The notes: generated from the sequence alone by a model not told the origin. A stretch of 64,000 nucleotides of DNA from an uncultured Eubacteriales bacterium (GCA_905209085.1 CAJLRM010000001.1:328289-392288), one strand, 5' to 3'. Counted from the stretch's first letter, positions 33,223 to 42,529 are shown. Program-made: numbers and translations.

Positions 33223-33863
33223 TTCGATTCCTCCCGCAAAAGCTCCCTTTCTACGACGGCAAAAGCCTTTTCGGGCTCCCCCTCGGTATCGAGCACGACA
33301 AATCCTTCCCCTTTCGCCATTCCCAGAAATTCCCCCGCGACTCTCAAAAGCAGAGGCTCGTCGAGATGACGATCGCATTCGTCGGGGCGGCTCTTTATCC
33401 GCTCTATCGCCATCAGGGGGTTCGCGTAGGCCAAAAACGCGAGGTCGGGTTTTAAAAGGTGTTTTGCCGCTTCGTAAAACCATTTTTCGTCCCTGTATCC
33501 GCGCGCCAGCATATTTGCCAGCGAAGTGTAGATGTATCTGTCGCAGATCACCGTCTTGCCCGCTTTTAAAGCGGGTTCGATCACCTCGAAGCCGTGCTGC
33601 ATCCTGTCCGACATCGTTAAAAGCTGTACGGCGCGATAGTTGATATCCTCGTGCTTGCAGCAATACATCATCTTTTGAAAGAGTTTGGTCTTTCTCGACA
33701 AATCGGTAGGCTGTTTCACGCACAGGACGCTTCCGATGCCGTTTTTCTCTTCGAGATATTTTTCCGTCAGCGAGATCATCGTCGTTTTTCCCGCGCCGTC
33801 TGTGCCTTCAAAGACGATCAGTTTTCCTTTATACGGATTTTTTCTCAGTTTCAGCGTTTTCAT
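33219..33863 (-). CDS. dTMP-kinase-like P-loop (d)NMP kinase.
   Basis: 214 aa. IVFEGTDGAGKTT is the P-loop and a DRY motif is present. The overall length and order match the thymidylate kinase family. Confidence 0.65.
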   Translation of the reverse strand: MKTLKLRKNPYKGKLIVFEGTDGAGKTTMISLTEKYLEEKNGIGSVLCVKQPTDLSRKTKLFQKMMYCCKHEDINYRAVQLLTMSDRMQHGFEVIEPALKAGKTVICDRYIYTSLANMLARGYRDEKWFYEAAKHLLKPDLAFLAYANPLMAIERIKSRPDECDRHLDEPLLLRVAGEFLGMAKGEGFVVLDTEGEPEKAFAVVERELLREESK

Positions 33864-34401
33864 CTTTTTTTCCTCTCAATACGATTTTTTCTTTTTCCGC
33901 ATCCTCTGCATTTTCCGGCTGCGGCAAAGCCGGGGACGCGAGTTCTTTTTTCTCTTCTTCCGTCGTCCCTGCCGTGGGCGCCTCGTTTTGGGGATTTTCC
34001 CCTTCCGGCTCCTTATCGGCGAACTCTTTGATTTTTTCGAGAAGCTTTTTGTTTGCTTCGATTTCCGGCTCGGTGAGCATCTTCTCCTTTGCGGGAAACA
34101 ATTTTTCCCAAAAGGCGTACAGCGCCAGGCTGAGGCTGCTGGACGATACCCAGAGCGTTACGAACGGCTTGTCTATGCCCGTTTTGCCATAGACCGCCCG
34201 CAAATAGACAAACGTCAGCAGCAACCCGACGACAACGGGCAAAAACACTAAAAACCGCGTCGCTTTCCTTCCGTTTTCCCGCTTTTTCGCCCAGGCCTTG
34301 ATCGGCATTTTTATCAAGCCCGTAAACAGGTTGATCGCAAGCGCAAGAATCGTCGCTTCCAGTCCGTACTCGGTGATCAACTGTAAAATTTTCTCCTCCA
34401 T
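33829..34401 (-). CDS. Small membrane protein with a long acidic/lysine-rich disordered C-terminal tail.
   Basis: 190 aa. It has two or three N-terminal TM helices (ATILALAINLFTGLI, FLVFLPVVVGLLLTFVYL). The C-terminus EPEGENPQNEAPTAGTTEEEKKELASPALPQPENAEDAEKEK is low-complexity. Confidence 0.5.
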   Translation of the reverse strand: MEEKILQLITEYGLEATILALAINLFTGLIKMPIKAWAKKRENGRKATRFLVFLPVVVGLLLTFVYLRAVYGKTGIDKPFVTLWVSSSSLSLALYAFWEKLFPAKEKMLTEPEIEANKKLLEKIKEFADKEPEGENPQNEAPTAGTTEEEKKELASPALPQPENAEDAEKEKIVLRGKKDENAETEKKSV

Positions 34402-34419
34402 TCCTTTTCTCCTCCCCTT

Positions 34420-35670
34420 TTATTCGTAGATGGACCGTATATTTTTCTCGTCCAGCTTCTCCGCCAATCGGACGTTTTCTCTGCCCGCCCGCTCCACCGT
34501 TTCCCGATAGGCGCGCACCTCGTTGTTGCAGACGATCCCCGCGGAAGCGTCCGCAAATATGCCGCAGTCGGGCGTGTTGCGGAGGATATTTTCCGCGATG
34601 ACGTTTCCCTGCACGTTCTCCCCCACCGCGTAAATCCCGCACCCGCTTCGACATTCTTCGGGCGTCATCAGGATTTCCATGATATTTCCGTGGATGACGC
34701 AGTCTTTCGCGCCGTGCTCTATCAGACGCGCATTGCGGCTGGTGGAGGTGATGATATTTCCTCCGATGCTGCTGTTATCCCCGTAGCTCCTTACGCTTCT
34801 GCCGCAGATGGTGTGCGTCGCCAGAATTTTATTGGAGGAGATGCGCGCATACTCGCCCCTGTTTTCCAATCCCACGCTCATGCCCGCCCATTCCCCGACG
34901 ATGTTGTTCGCGCTGATGATAGAATACAGTCCTTCGTTTATGAATCCGAACGCGTGCGCCTCTTCCGTATGTTTGCCGACATTGTGCGTCCCGTTCGCCT
35001 TGACGTTATTTCCGACAAAGCGCCCGAAACGCCCGTTGGTATACACGCCCACCGCGCGCTGCCTCTCGCCGTCGCCGCGGTTTATCGCGTAAATAAAGGT
35101 GTTCTGCAACGAGATGCTGTTGGCGAGATTGTTGTAAAGACCGTACACCGCGCATTCCTTGGGATACTCCTCGGCAGCGCACTCCGCCTTGATATAGCAG
35201 TCGTTCACCACGAGGTTGTCCGCCCGCGTTTCCATATGCGTGTCGAGATTGCCGTTGTTGTAGATCCCCGCTATGCCGAGTTGTTTCTCCGCGTATATCT
35301 CTATGCGGCAATTTTCCACTTTCAAACCGTATGCCGTATTGTAAATCCCGAAAAACTGTCTTTTCGCAGCGGCGGGATTTTGAATATGCACGCGGATCGT
35401 CATATTTCTCATACATACGTTTCGCGCGGTGGGCTGAATGAAAAACAAGCTCCAATCGCTCCCCGTGCTGTCCTCGATTTCCGCATCGATCTCCGCGTCG
35501 CTGCCGTCGATCACGATGTCCGAACGGCAAATATTGATCAGGCTGTTTAAACACATCTTTCCCAATAGAAAGCAGTTGCTTTTTACTCCCCTGATCTCCA
35601 TTCTGCCTGTAAGTCGGATCTCTTTGCCGTTCTCCGTTTCATTGATGCGCTTTTCCAATTCTTTATTCAT
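34420..35670 (-). CDS. Cytoplasmic right-handed parallel beta-helix repeat protein (pectate-lyase/NosD-like fold). First gene of the coupled operon.
   Basis: 416 aa from the ATG at 35670, with an AAGGAGA RBS 6 nt upstream. There are many ~22-aa repeats of the form NxxIxxNxIxG (e.g. CVIHGNIMEIL, GNVIAENILRN). There is no signal peptide. Confidence 0.6.
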   Translation of the reverse strand: MNKELEKRINETENGKEIRLTGRMEIRGVKSNCFLLGKMCLNSLINICRSDIVIDGSDAEIDAEIEDSTGSDWSLFFIQPTARNVCMRNMTIRVHIQNPAAAKRQFFGIYNTAYGLKVENCRIEIYAEKQLGIAGIYNNGNLDTHMETRADNLVVNDCYIKAECAAEEYPKECAVYGLYNNLANSISLQNTFIYAINRGDGERQRAVGVYTNGRFGRFVGNNVKANGTHNVGKHTEEAHAFGFINEGLYSIISANNIVGEWAGMSVGLENRGEYARISSNKILATHTICGRSVRSYGDNSSIGGNIITSTSRNARLIEHGAKDCVIHGNIMEILMTPEECRSGCGIYAVGENVQGNVIAENILRNTPDCGIFADASAGIVCNNEVRAYRETVERAGRENVRLAEKLDEKNIRSIYE

Positions 35671-35755
35671 CTTTTTCTCCTTCGACAAAAATGTTATGTA
35701 TGACTTCTTATTTTCGCCGTTGTTTTTATTTGTTTCTGTATTCGGCGGCTTGCCG

Positions 35756-36085
35756 TCAATTCCCGCAGTCGGGGCGCGCAAATTGTCTGATGATCGTCTG
35801 CATCTGCTCTCGTTCCATACCTGCCAGTCCTCCCGCTATCTTTTCGAGAAATTCTTTTTGCTCGCGTTTGAGATATTGTCGCCCCAGATAATACCCCTCC
35901 GCCACGTATACGCCGCCGTAGACGCCCGTCTTCGTATAGATCGGGTAAGATAAGGAAAGCTCCTGAATGTCCCGGCGCACGGTCGATTCGTTGACCGAGA
36001 ACTCGAACGCCAGATTTTCCACTTTTTCATAACGTCTTTCACAGAGTGTTTCGAGGATTCTCTGCCGCCTCTCCAAGGCTTTCAC
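35756..36085 (-). CDS. Small DeoR-type HTH DNA-binding protein.
   Basis: 109 aa. RQRILETLCERRYEKVENLAFEFSVNESTVRRDIQEL matches the DeoR N-terminal HTH. There is no effector domain. Confidence 0.55.
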   Translation of the reverse strand: MKALERRQRILETLCERRYEKVENLAFEFSVNESTVRRDIQELSLSYPIYTKTGVYGGVYVAEGYYLGRQYLKREQKEFLEKIAGGLAGMEREQMQTIIRQFARPDCGN

Positions 36086-36368
36086 TTATCTCACCCCCTT
36101 TGCCGTCCTTGATGGCTCTATTTTCTCAATCCTTCCGTGCAGTTTTTGCACGGAACAAAAAACTTTTTTCGATTTTTTACGAAAAATAAAAAACGCCTCG
36201 ACGAAACAGTATCTTTCAAAAAGAATACTGCTCGCCAAGACGCTTTTCGCCTTGCTCTGACACGCTATGCGTGTTTTACGAACACTTGCCCGCAATCTAT
36301 GGACAAACGGATTTACCCGCGCGCTGTTTCAGCGCGACCGCCGTGTGGACTGCAAACGCTCTATTATT

Positions 36369-36575
36369 TTATTGTGTGATCACCTTGATGTCCATTTCTC
36401 TTTTCTTGCGCAGCTTACTGAAAATGACGACCCCGCATCTCGGACACGTTTGACGCATCACCCCGTCGTTGTCCTTATATCCCCTCACCTTCACCCCGCA
36501 ATTCGGACAATACATCTGCGCGGCGCTTCCTTCCCTCGGCTCCATCTCTTTTCCTTCCTCTTCCTCCCCTTTCAA
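36369..36575 (-). CDS. Small zinc-ribbon protein.
   Basis: 68 aa. CPNCG...(15)...CPRCG forms a four-Cys ribbon. The acidic N-terminus may be extended, and the true start could be a later Met. Confidence 0.4.
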   Translation of the reverse strand: MKGEEEEGKEMEPREGSAAQMYCPNCGVKVRGYKDNDGVMRQTCPRCGVVIFSKLRKKREMDIKVITQ

Positions 36576-36578
36576 AAT

Positions 36579-36608
36579 CCGAACATATGTTCGGATTTTA
36601 TTTTATTA
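36579..36608. promoter_or_regulatory. Perfect 12+12 palindrome, a candidate operator or terminator.
   Basis: AAAATCCGAACA-TA-TGTTCGGATTTT, immediately 5' of the zinc-ribbon ORF. Confidence 0.35.
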
Positions 36609-37133
36609 TACTTCCTTTTTTTTACAATGTCAAGCGAATACGCCCTATCGTTTTGTGAAAATTTCTTCTTGTCTTTTCAATGGAATCGGACTGTCCGAAA
36701 AGAGCCGTAACTATTTTTTTCTCCTGGACAGGATAGTTTTTTCTCAGCCTTCTTACAACCGTTCTTTTTCTGACAAGAAACTTTTTAAAAGGGCAAGACA
36801 AAATTTTCCGCTTTCTATTTTCTATTTTTAGTAAGGAAACGCCGCCGCTTTGTTCTTCGTCGAATTTTTCAAAAATCGATAAAACCTTCGTTCTTTTTGG
36901 ATTTTTCGCTATTTATTCTCGTTCCACGGGAAACGAGAATAAAATTTATAGATTTTCAGCGGAAATTTTTTAGCTTCCGGCAAATAAACTCCCGGATTCT
37001 CTTCCTTTTCCATCCTCCTTGGATAGGCGGAACGGAAGCGGCAATTCCTTGGAAAGAAAAATCCGAGGGCTTCAAATAATACGCGCTCCCCGGATTTTCC
37101 TATTAATAAAGGCTACGGGCTTCCCTACGCGAT

Positions 37134-37433
37134 TTATCTATCCGATATTCTTGTCAGGCGGAACGCCGAAAGGAGGCTCATCACAAAAAAGATTCCCAGC
37201 AAAAAGAGTAAATATCTGCCCTGAAACTCCGTCATCGCTTTAAAGCCAAGCGTCGCGGGAAAGACATAGCTTATATACTGTAAAAATCGAGGCAGCAAAG
37301 AGGAGGGAAACATGATTCCCGAAAGCATAATCGAGGGTAAAAACATTAATTGAGAGAGCATCACAAGTGTTGTCTGCGTCTTTCGCATCAGTCCGAAAAC
37401 GCAGCCGATACTCATAAACAGGGCGAGCGACAC
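37134..37433 (-). pseudogene. C-terminal fragment of an ABC-2-type transporter permease.
   Basis: 99 aa of TM helices (LMFLPSIMLSGIMFPSSLLPRFLQYISYVFPATLGFKAMTEF) with no N-terminal part. No ATPase partner is present. Confidence 0.4.
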
Positions 37434-37676
37434 AAAGTACGGCGGCAGATTGCGAGGCAGCGAGGCGTGAAAAGCAAAAGGCGCGACAGCAAAGACAGTG
37501 ACGCTCGTGACCGATTTTCAACAATTTTTTTATAATTATAAAATCCCCCCGCAATTTCCTGTTTCAAAAGGCCGAAAAGGGAAAACTTCCGCGTCTAACC
37601 TCCCGATTTTATTCGTTTTGTTTTTTCTCCCCGCTTCGTTCTTTGCTTTTGTTTCCCTCTCTCCCACAAAGACCGC

Positions 37677-37704
37677 AAAAAAGCCCCGAATTCCCGGGGC
37701 TTTT
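37677..37704 (-). terminator. Intrinsic terminator downstream of the RpiB-like gene.
   Basis: The minus strand reads GGAAAAGCCCCGGGAATTCGGGGCTTTTTTGCGG, a GC stem followed by a U-tract. Confidence 0.55.
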
Positions 37705-37716
37705 CCTTCTCTTGTC

Positions 37717-38310
37717 CTATTTCTTTTCCCCGCTTCCTTCCTCCGGCTTTACCTCTAACCTCAGCTCATAATCCCCCAAGTGTTTCAGCTTGAATCCGTT
37801 TTTCTTATACGACTCATACTCGAACGCTTCCAGCTCGTCTATCGCGAGCTTATGAAATTCATAAAAGTTATGCCACCACTCATACCCCGTCCCAAGCTCC
37901 GCGTTCAAATAAGCGTCCGCTATCTCGCAGCCCATCTGCGGCGCCACGTAAAACGCACCCATCGCCAATACGTTCACTCCGTTGCCCGTGATCGCGCGCA
38001 GCGCCGCGGGAACGCTCTCTACCACTCCGCTCATCACGTGCGGGCATTTACTTGCCGCAATGTGGATTCCCATTCCCGTTCCGCAAAACAACAGCGCGCG
38101 CTCAAATTCGCCTTCGCTGATCTGCGCTCCCACACGCAGTCCTACGCGGTGAAACATATTTTCCGTATCGGCGGGATCGCTTTCGCTCGTAACTCCCAGG
38201 TCCGTGATCTTCCATCCCTTCCCTTTCAGGTGCTCTACCACCGCTTCTTTCAACGGATATCCCGCAAAGTCCGCTCCCACCACCAAATACTTATCCTTGA
38301 TTCTTTTCAT
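37717..38310 (-). CDS. RpiB/LacA/LacB-family sugar-phosphate isomerase.
   Basis: 197 aa. LLFCGTGMGIHIAASK is the family signature. It carries a C-terminal ~45-aa extension. Confidence 0.75.
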   Translation of the reverse strand: MKRIKDKYLVVGADFAGYPLKEAVVEHLKGKGWKITDLGVTSESDPADTENMFHRVGLRVGAQISEGEFERALLFCGTGMGIHIAASKCPHVMSGVVESVPAALRAITGNGVNVLAMGAFYVAPQMGCEIADAYLNAELGTGYEWWHNFYEFHKLAIDELEAFEYESYKKNGFKLKHLGDYELRLEVKPEEGSGEKK

Positions 38311-40412
38311 TTTTCCCTTCTCCTTCCCTTTTTACTCGCTCCCTCTTCTTTTCCGTCCTCGTATCTCTCCGGAAGCTTGATATCCTTTCGCTCTTCCTGC
38401 ACTTGTTCGCGCCTTTCTTCTACGCCCTGTGAAAAATTTTTATCCGAAAGCGTGAGGTCTTTGAGATACACCTTCACCCGCTCCTGCGCGCGGAATACAA
38501 ACTCCGCCTCCACCACCTTGCGCCTCTCCTCTTTACTCAGTCTTACGGGCGAGCCGTCCCCTTTTTTGCCTTTTCCCAGTTCGATCGCATATTCCTCGAA
38601 CCTCGGGCCCAGCGTCACGGCGTTCGGCGATTCTTTCCCTCTCCGCAAATCCAGGCGGTATATCTCGCCCTCCGCGGTTCTCACCACCACGCCCAGAAAT
38701 GTCACCCTGCCTTCTCCTTTCAGACGCACGTTCCAGTATTGATAATCCCCAAGATGATTTTTATGACCCGCCAGGCACAACGACGGCGAGATGCCGAAAA
38801 AGTAATACTCCTCCGCCGTCGGACTCGACGTACAGCACAACGACTCGCCTTCCAACCCTATCTCCGTTTCCGCTCCGTCGTAGATCTCGCCCTGTTTCCA
38901 CACCGGCACTTTCCGACACGTGCCCGCCTCCCAACCGAAATTGTTTTCATAGACCCTCAGCGCTCCGTTCACCGTATACGCCGGCGGAAAACAATATTTC
39001 CCGTTTACCGCTTCCACTTCGCTCCGATACGGCAGCAGCGGCAATCCCTCTTCCGTCTTCGCGTTGCAAAAATCCTGATACTGCATAAACCCGTACGTCA
39101 GCTTGTGCGCCTCTTTTACGTCCCGGCTCCTTACCCGTATCTCCTCCCCGTTCGTCACCTCTCCTGCCGCCGGATAATATTTCCCGTTTTTGCCCGCCAG
39201 CGTAAACCCGTTCACCTTTCCCACCTTCATCCCTTTCCCAGCTTCTTGAATCCGACAGATCGCCTCCCCCTTTTCATACCTCACTTCCGCTATCTGCGGA
39301 TACCTCGTCACACGACCCTCCAACGCGTCCCCGATACGCTTTGCGATCGGCGCTTTATTGACCGGGTGAATCGGATGATAATACATCCCGCCGTCCCCCT
39401 TGCGCCAACGCGGCTCTATGTCGTAAATAGGCACCGTCGTCACCTTTCCGCTCTCTTCCTGCAACTCCGTCAGCGCTTCGTTTATGTACAGATACCCGTA
39501 CTTATCCCCGTACGGATAATATTCCGACGCGATATGCACCGCCACAAACCGCTCCGCTTTGAATCGCTCCACATATTCTCGCCAAAGAATTTTCAGCTCC
39601 CGTAAAAAGAACCGGCCGAACTCGAAATCATACGCCGAGCTTTCCCCCAGATACCATACGATTCCCTTGAATCTAAGCCCTTCCAGCGGCGCGATTTTCT
39701 CGTTCCACACCCCGGACAGCTGCGTGTAGTTTCGACTCCCTGCACGGTTGTACTCCTCCGCGCTCGTATATCTGCCCACGCGCTTTAAAAATTCCACCAG
39801 CTCTTCGTCCGCTTCCACGCTTTCTCGCCTCAGGTACGCTTCCACGCTCAGTCCGCCCATCGCCGTCTGCACAAAGCCTATCGGCACGCCGCTTCTTTCC
39901 CACAACAGCGTCCCAGTCTGCACGCACAGCGCCGATATTCCGCTCAGTTTCGCCCCGCCGCGACTCCACTCGTACTCCCACGCCAAATCCTCCTGCGGAT
40001 ACGCGGGACGGGTGATTTCTTCCCCGGCTCCCACCGCCTTTTCTTCCAGATTCAAAACCGATACGTCCGCCTTCTCCGCACGCTCCTGCCACACTTCTGC
40101 ATCCTCCACCGCAGACAGGCTATACGACATATTCGACTGACCCAGCGCCAGATATACGTCCCCGAATCGCAACCGCACACCGATCTCTTCCACTCCGCTC
40201 GCCGCACTAAGCTCAAAATATCCCCCCGTTTCCTCTACCGCTTTAAACTCCGCTAGGAAACGACCGCCTGTTGCTTTCACCCTTTTCGTTTCCCGATACC
40301 CCTCCCCGCTAAGCGTGCAGAGTATCTCCCCTTCCCCATATCCTTTCACCGTCACCGGCTCCCCTCTTTGCAGCACCGCGCCCTCTTTCAGGTATCTCAA
40401 AAATCTCAACAT
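38307..40412 (-). CDS. Sialate O-acetylesterase-like (SGNH/DUF303) carbohydrate esterase with a C-terminal beta-sandwich and a K/E-rich tail.
   Basis: 701 aa from the internal ATG at 40412, with a GGAGAAGGAG RBS. GDVYLALGQSNM is the characteristic motif. The long ORF's N-terminal 53 codons overlap the upstream gene. Confidence 0.6.
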   Translation of the reverse strand: MLRFLRYLKEGAVLQRGEPVTVKGYGEGEILCTLSGEGYRETKRVKATGGRFLAEFKAVEETGGYFELSAASGVEEIGVRLRFGDVYLALGQSNMSYSLSAVEDAEVWQERAEKADVSVLNLEEKAVGAGEEITRPAYPQEDLAWEYEWSRGGAKLSGISALCVQTGTLLWERSGVPIGFVQTAMGGLSVEAYLRRESVEADEELVEFLKRVGRYTSAEEYNRAGSRNYTQLSGVWNEKIAPLEGLRFKGIVWYLGESSAYDFEFGRFFLRELKILWREYVERFKAERFVAVHIASEYYPYGDKYGYLYINEALTELQEESGKVTTVPIYDIEPRWRKGDGGMYYHPIHPVNKAPIAKRIGDALEGRVTRYPQIAEVRYEKGEAICRIQEAGKGMKVGKVNGFTLAGKNGKYYPAAGEVTNGEEIRVRSRDVKEAHKLTYGFMQYQDFCNAKTEEGLPLLPYRSEVEAVNGKYCFPPAYTVNGALRVYENNFGWEAGTCRKVPVWKQGEIYDGAETEIGLEGESLCCTSSPTAEEYYFFGISPSLCLAGHKNHLGDYQYWNVRLKGEGRVTFLGVVVRTAEGEIYRLDLRRGKESPNAVTLGPRFEEYAIELGKGKKGDGSPVRLSKEERRKVVEAEFVFRAQERVKVYLKDLTLSDKNFSQGVEERREQVQEERKDIKLPERYEDGKEEGASKKGRRREK

Positions 40413-40437
40413 CTCTCTTCTCCTTCTCCCGCTCTCT

Positions 40438-42498
40438 TTATCTCTTTGCGCCGACCAGGTATTTATCCAGCACATAACAGGCGACCGCCGACCAGCCGTG
40501 ACAAAGGCTGCCCGCGTCGTTGAAATCGGCTTCGCCGCGCTCCGTTTCCCAATAGGACGTCGCGCCCGCATAGAGCATCTTTCCGAAAATTTCCGCTACG
40601 TTTTCCACGCACCATTTACAATCCTTTTCCGCCTTCACGATCGCGTCGTATTGCATGGGTAAAGCGGCGAGCGTCATTTCCACCGCCTTCCCCTTCGGGG
40701 ATTTGAGGACTGCGCAGAGCCGCCCGGCGCGGTTTGCGTCCAAGTCGCAGGCGAGAAGCGTCGCCGCCTGCATATAGGCGTGATAGCCGTACAGCGTTCC
40801 GTCCGACGCTTTATAAGAGGCGTACATCTCTTTTTCGGGATTGTAAAAAGCGTTTAAGCTGTCTTTCAGCGACGCGGAATATTTCTGCGTTTCCGCCGCC
40901 TGCGCGTCCTTTCCGAAACGCTTTTCGAGCGCGGCGAGCTTATCCGCCGCTATGGATACGAGCGCCGTCAAAATGCCGTCGTGCGCTTTCGGAATTTCCT
41001 CCGTGCGGTTGAAATTCCCGCCGTCCAGACCGTCCGACCATTCGTGAAAATTCCAATAGCAGGGCTCCGTAAAGACCGACACCCCGTTTTCAAAGCTTCT
41101 TTCGTGAAAGATCCCGAGTATTTTTTCCGCTTTCGGGAGCATTTCGCCCACGAATTTTTCGTCGTAATCGGCTTCGGCGTTTTCGCAGACCGCGATTATC
41201 CAATAGGCGCTGAAAGAGGGAATGGTGATGTTCGCGCGCGCGGGAGCGCAAAGCTGCAAAAGTCCGTCGTTTCGCAGCGTATCTGCAAACAGGCGCAATG
41301 ACGCCCGCGGAAATTCGTATTCCTCGAAAACGCCGTACCCGAACAGCATTTGATTGCGCGAATCCATGCCGTACAGGGCTTGTTCCCGCCAGGGACAATC
41401 CTCGTAATGCTCGTGTGCGCAGAGTTCGAGCGTGCGCCTGCCCGTTTCGTAAATTTTATTCAGCAGTCTGTCCCCGAATTCTTTTTCGATCCTCTTAAAG
41501 GGATAGAGCGCCTCGCGCACCGACAGACGGACGAGTTCCGCGCTCCCGTTTTCGATATACAGACAGAGATAACGGCAACCGACGCGGTACAGGTATTCGT
41601 CGAGAGCGTTTTCCCCCTCGGCAAAAAACAGCTCGCAGGCAAAATTCCTGCCTTCTCGCTCCGTGCGGACGCGCAGATCGGCAAGATGCTCCCCCCAGCC
41701 TATGATCCCGCGGCAGGCTCTGTTCGTCCTGACGCAGAGAGAAAGATAGCCGCTCGTTTCCTTTTTGAGGTCCGCGATGAGAAAAATCCCGTCCCCGCCC
41801 TGCGATTTTGCGGCAAAACGGACGGGACGGCACGCGCCCGCCGCCTTTATTCTGTCCTGCCCCGTCATCTCGGCAAAGCGCAGCGTGGACATCCAGGCGT
41901 TTTGCATCTTGGCGGCAGCCGTTCCCCCGACACGGTACTTAAAAACGCCCTGCGCGACGATTTCCCACGGCAAAGGCGCGGAGATCCGCAATCTTTCGAT
42001 CGGTCTTTTTTCGTCGATAAATTTGTCTAAAACGGCGCGGCACGGCTTCCAGTCCTCGCCAAAAGCGGTAAAGTCATATTTCCATCCGTATCCCAGCTGC
42101 GGGGTGATTTTGTCCCCGACGGAATACTTCGCCGCAGCCCTGCCCCATGTATTTTCATCGGAACACGCGATACTGACGCCGTCGATCATCACCTCGAAAG
42201 AGATAAACGCCGCCATTGTCCGGGCGACGGAAAAATCCTCGCCCATATGCGCGGCGACGACGTACAGCTCGTTGTTTCCCGATTTCAGAAAGGGCGCGAG
42301 ATCGATCTCGTCCACCCTCTTTTTGTCGGGAATATCCGCGTACTGCGCATTGGCGACGAACGCTCCGTTCAAATAGGCGGCGTATTTATAGTCCGCTCCG
42401 ATTTTGAGGAGCGCATTCTTTCCCTTCCCGTCGTAAAAAAATTCTTTTTTGAACTCGGAAAACCCTCGTTCTTCCCCTTGCGTCCAAATCCGTTTCAT
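40438..42498 (-). CDS. (alpha/alpha)6-barrel glycoside hydrolase, alpha-L-rhamnosidase (GH78)-like.
   Basis: 686 aa with no signal peptide. It has an N-terminal beta-sandwich (KIGADYKYAAYLNGAFVANAQY). The C-terminal six-hairpin region carries ATSYWETE...GSLCHGWSAVACYVL. Confidence 0.45.
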   Translation of the reverse strand: MKRIWTQGEERGFSEFKKEFFYDGKGKNALLKIGADYKYAAYLNGAFVANAQYADIPDKKRVDEIDLAPFLKSGNNELYVVAAHMGEDFSVARTMAAFISFEVMIDGVSIACSDENTWGRAAAKYSVGDKITPQLGYGWKYDFTAFGEDWKPCRAVLDKFIDEKRPIERLRISAPLPWEIVAQGVFKYRVGGTAAAKMQNAWMSTLRFAEMTGQDRIKAAGACRPVRFAAKSQGGDGIFLIADLKKETSGYLSLCVRTNRACRGIIGWGEHLADLRVRTEREGRNFACELFFAEGENALDEYLYRVGCRYLCLYIENGSAELVRLSVREALYPFKRIEKEFGDRLLNKIYETGRRTLELCAHEHYEDCPWREQALYGMDSRNQMLFGYGVFEEYEFPRASLRLFADTLRNDGLLQLCAPARANITIPSFSAYWIIAVCENAEADYDEKFVGEMLPKAEKILGIFHERSFENGVSVFTEPCYWNFHEWSDGLDGGNFNRTEEIPKAHDGILTALVSIAADKLAALEKRFGKDAQAAETQKYSASLKDSLNAFYNPEKEMYASYKASDGTLYGYHAYMQAATLLACDLDANRAGRLCAVLKSPKGKAVEMTLAALPMQYDAIVKAEKDCKWCVENVAEIFGKMLYAGATSYWETERGEADFNDAGSLCHGWSAVACYVLDKYLVGAKR

Positions 42499-42529
42499 CG
42501 TTATTCCTTCCCTGTCCCGCGATTTTTTC

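Noticed and set aside
32158-33723. N-terminally extended versions of several ORFs as given by the six-frame track (32158..33723, 31123..31890, 29637..29981, 38307..40571, 47219..48931, 59088..62228, 28149..29153, 34420..35781, 45740..47083).
   Set aside because: The extensions are Arg-rich, overlap the upstream gene, and lack a signal peptide or RBS. Internal ATGs with SD or ATGA coupling, or a following signal peptide, give sensible proteins.
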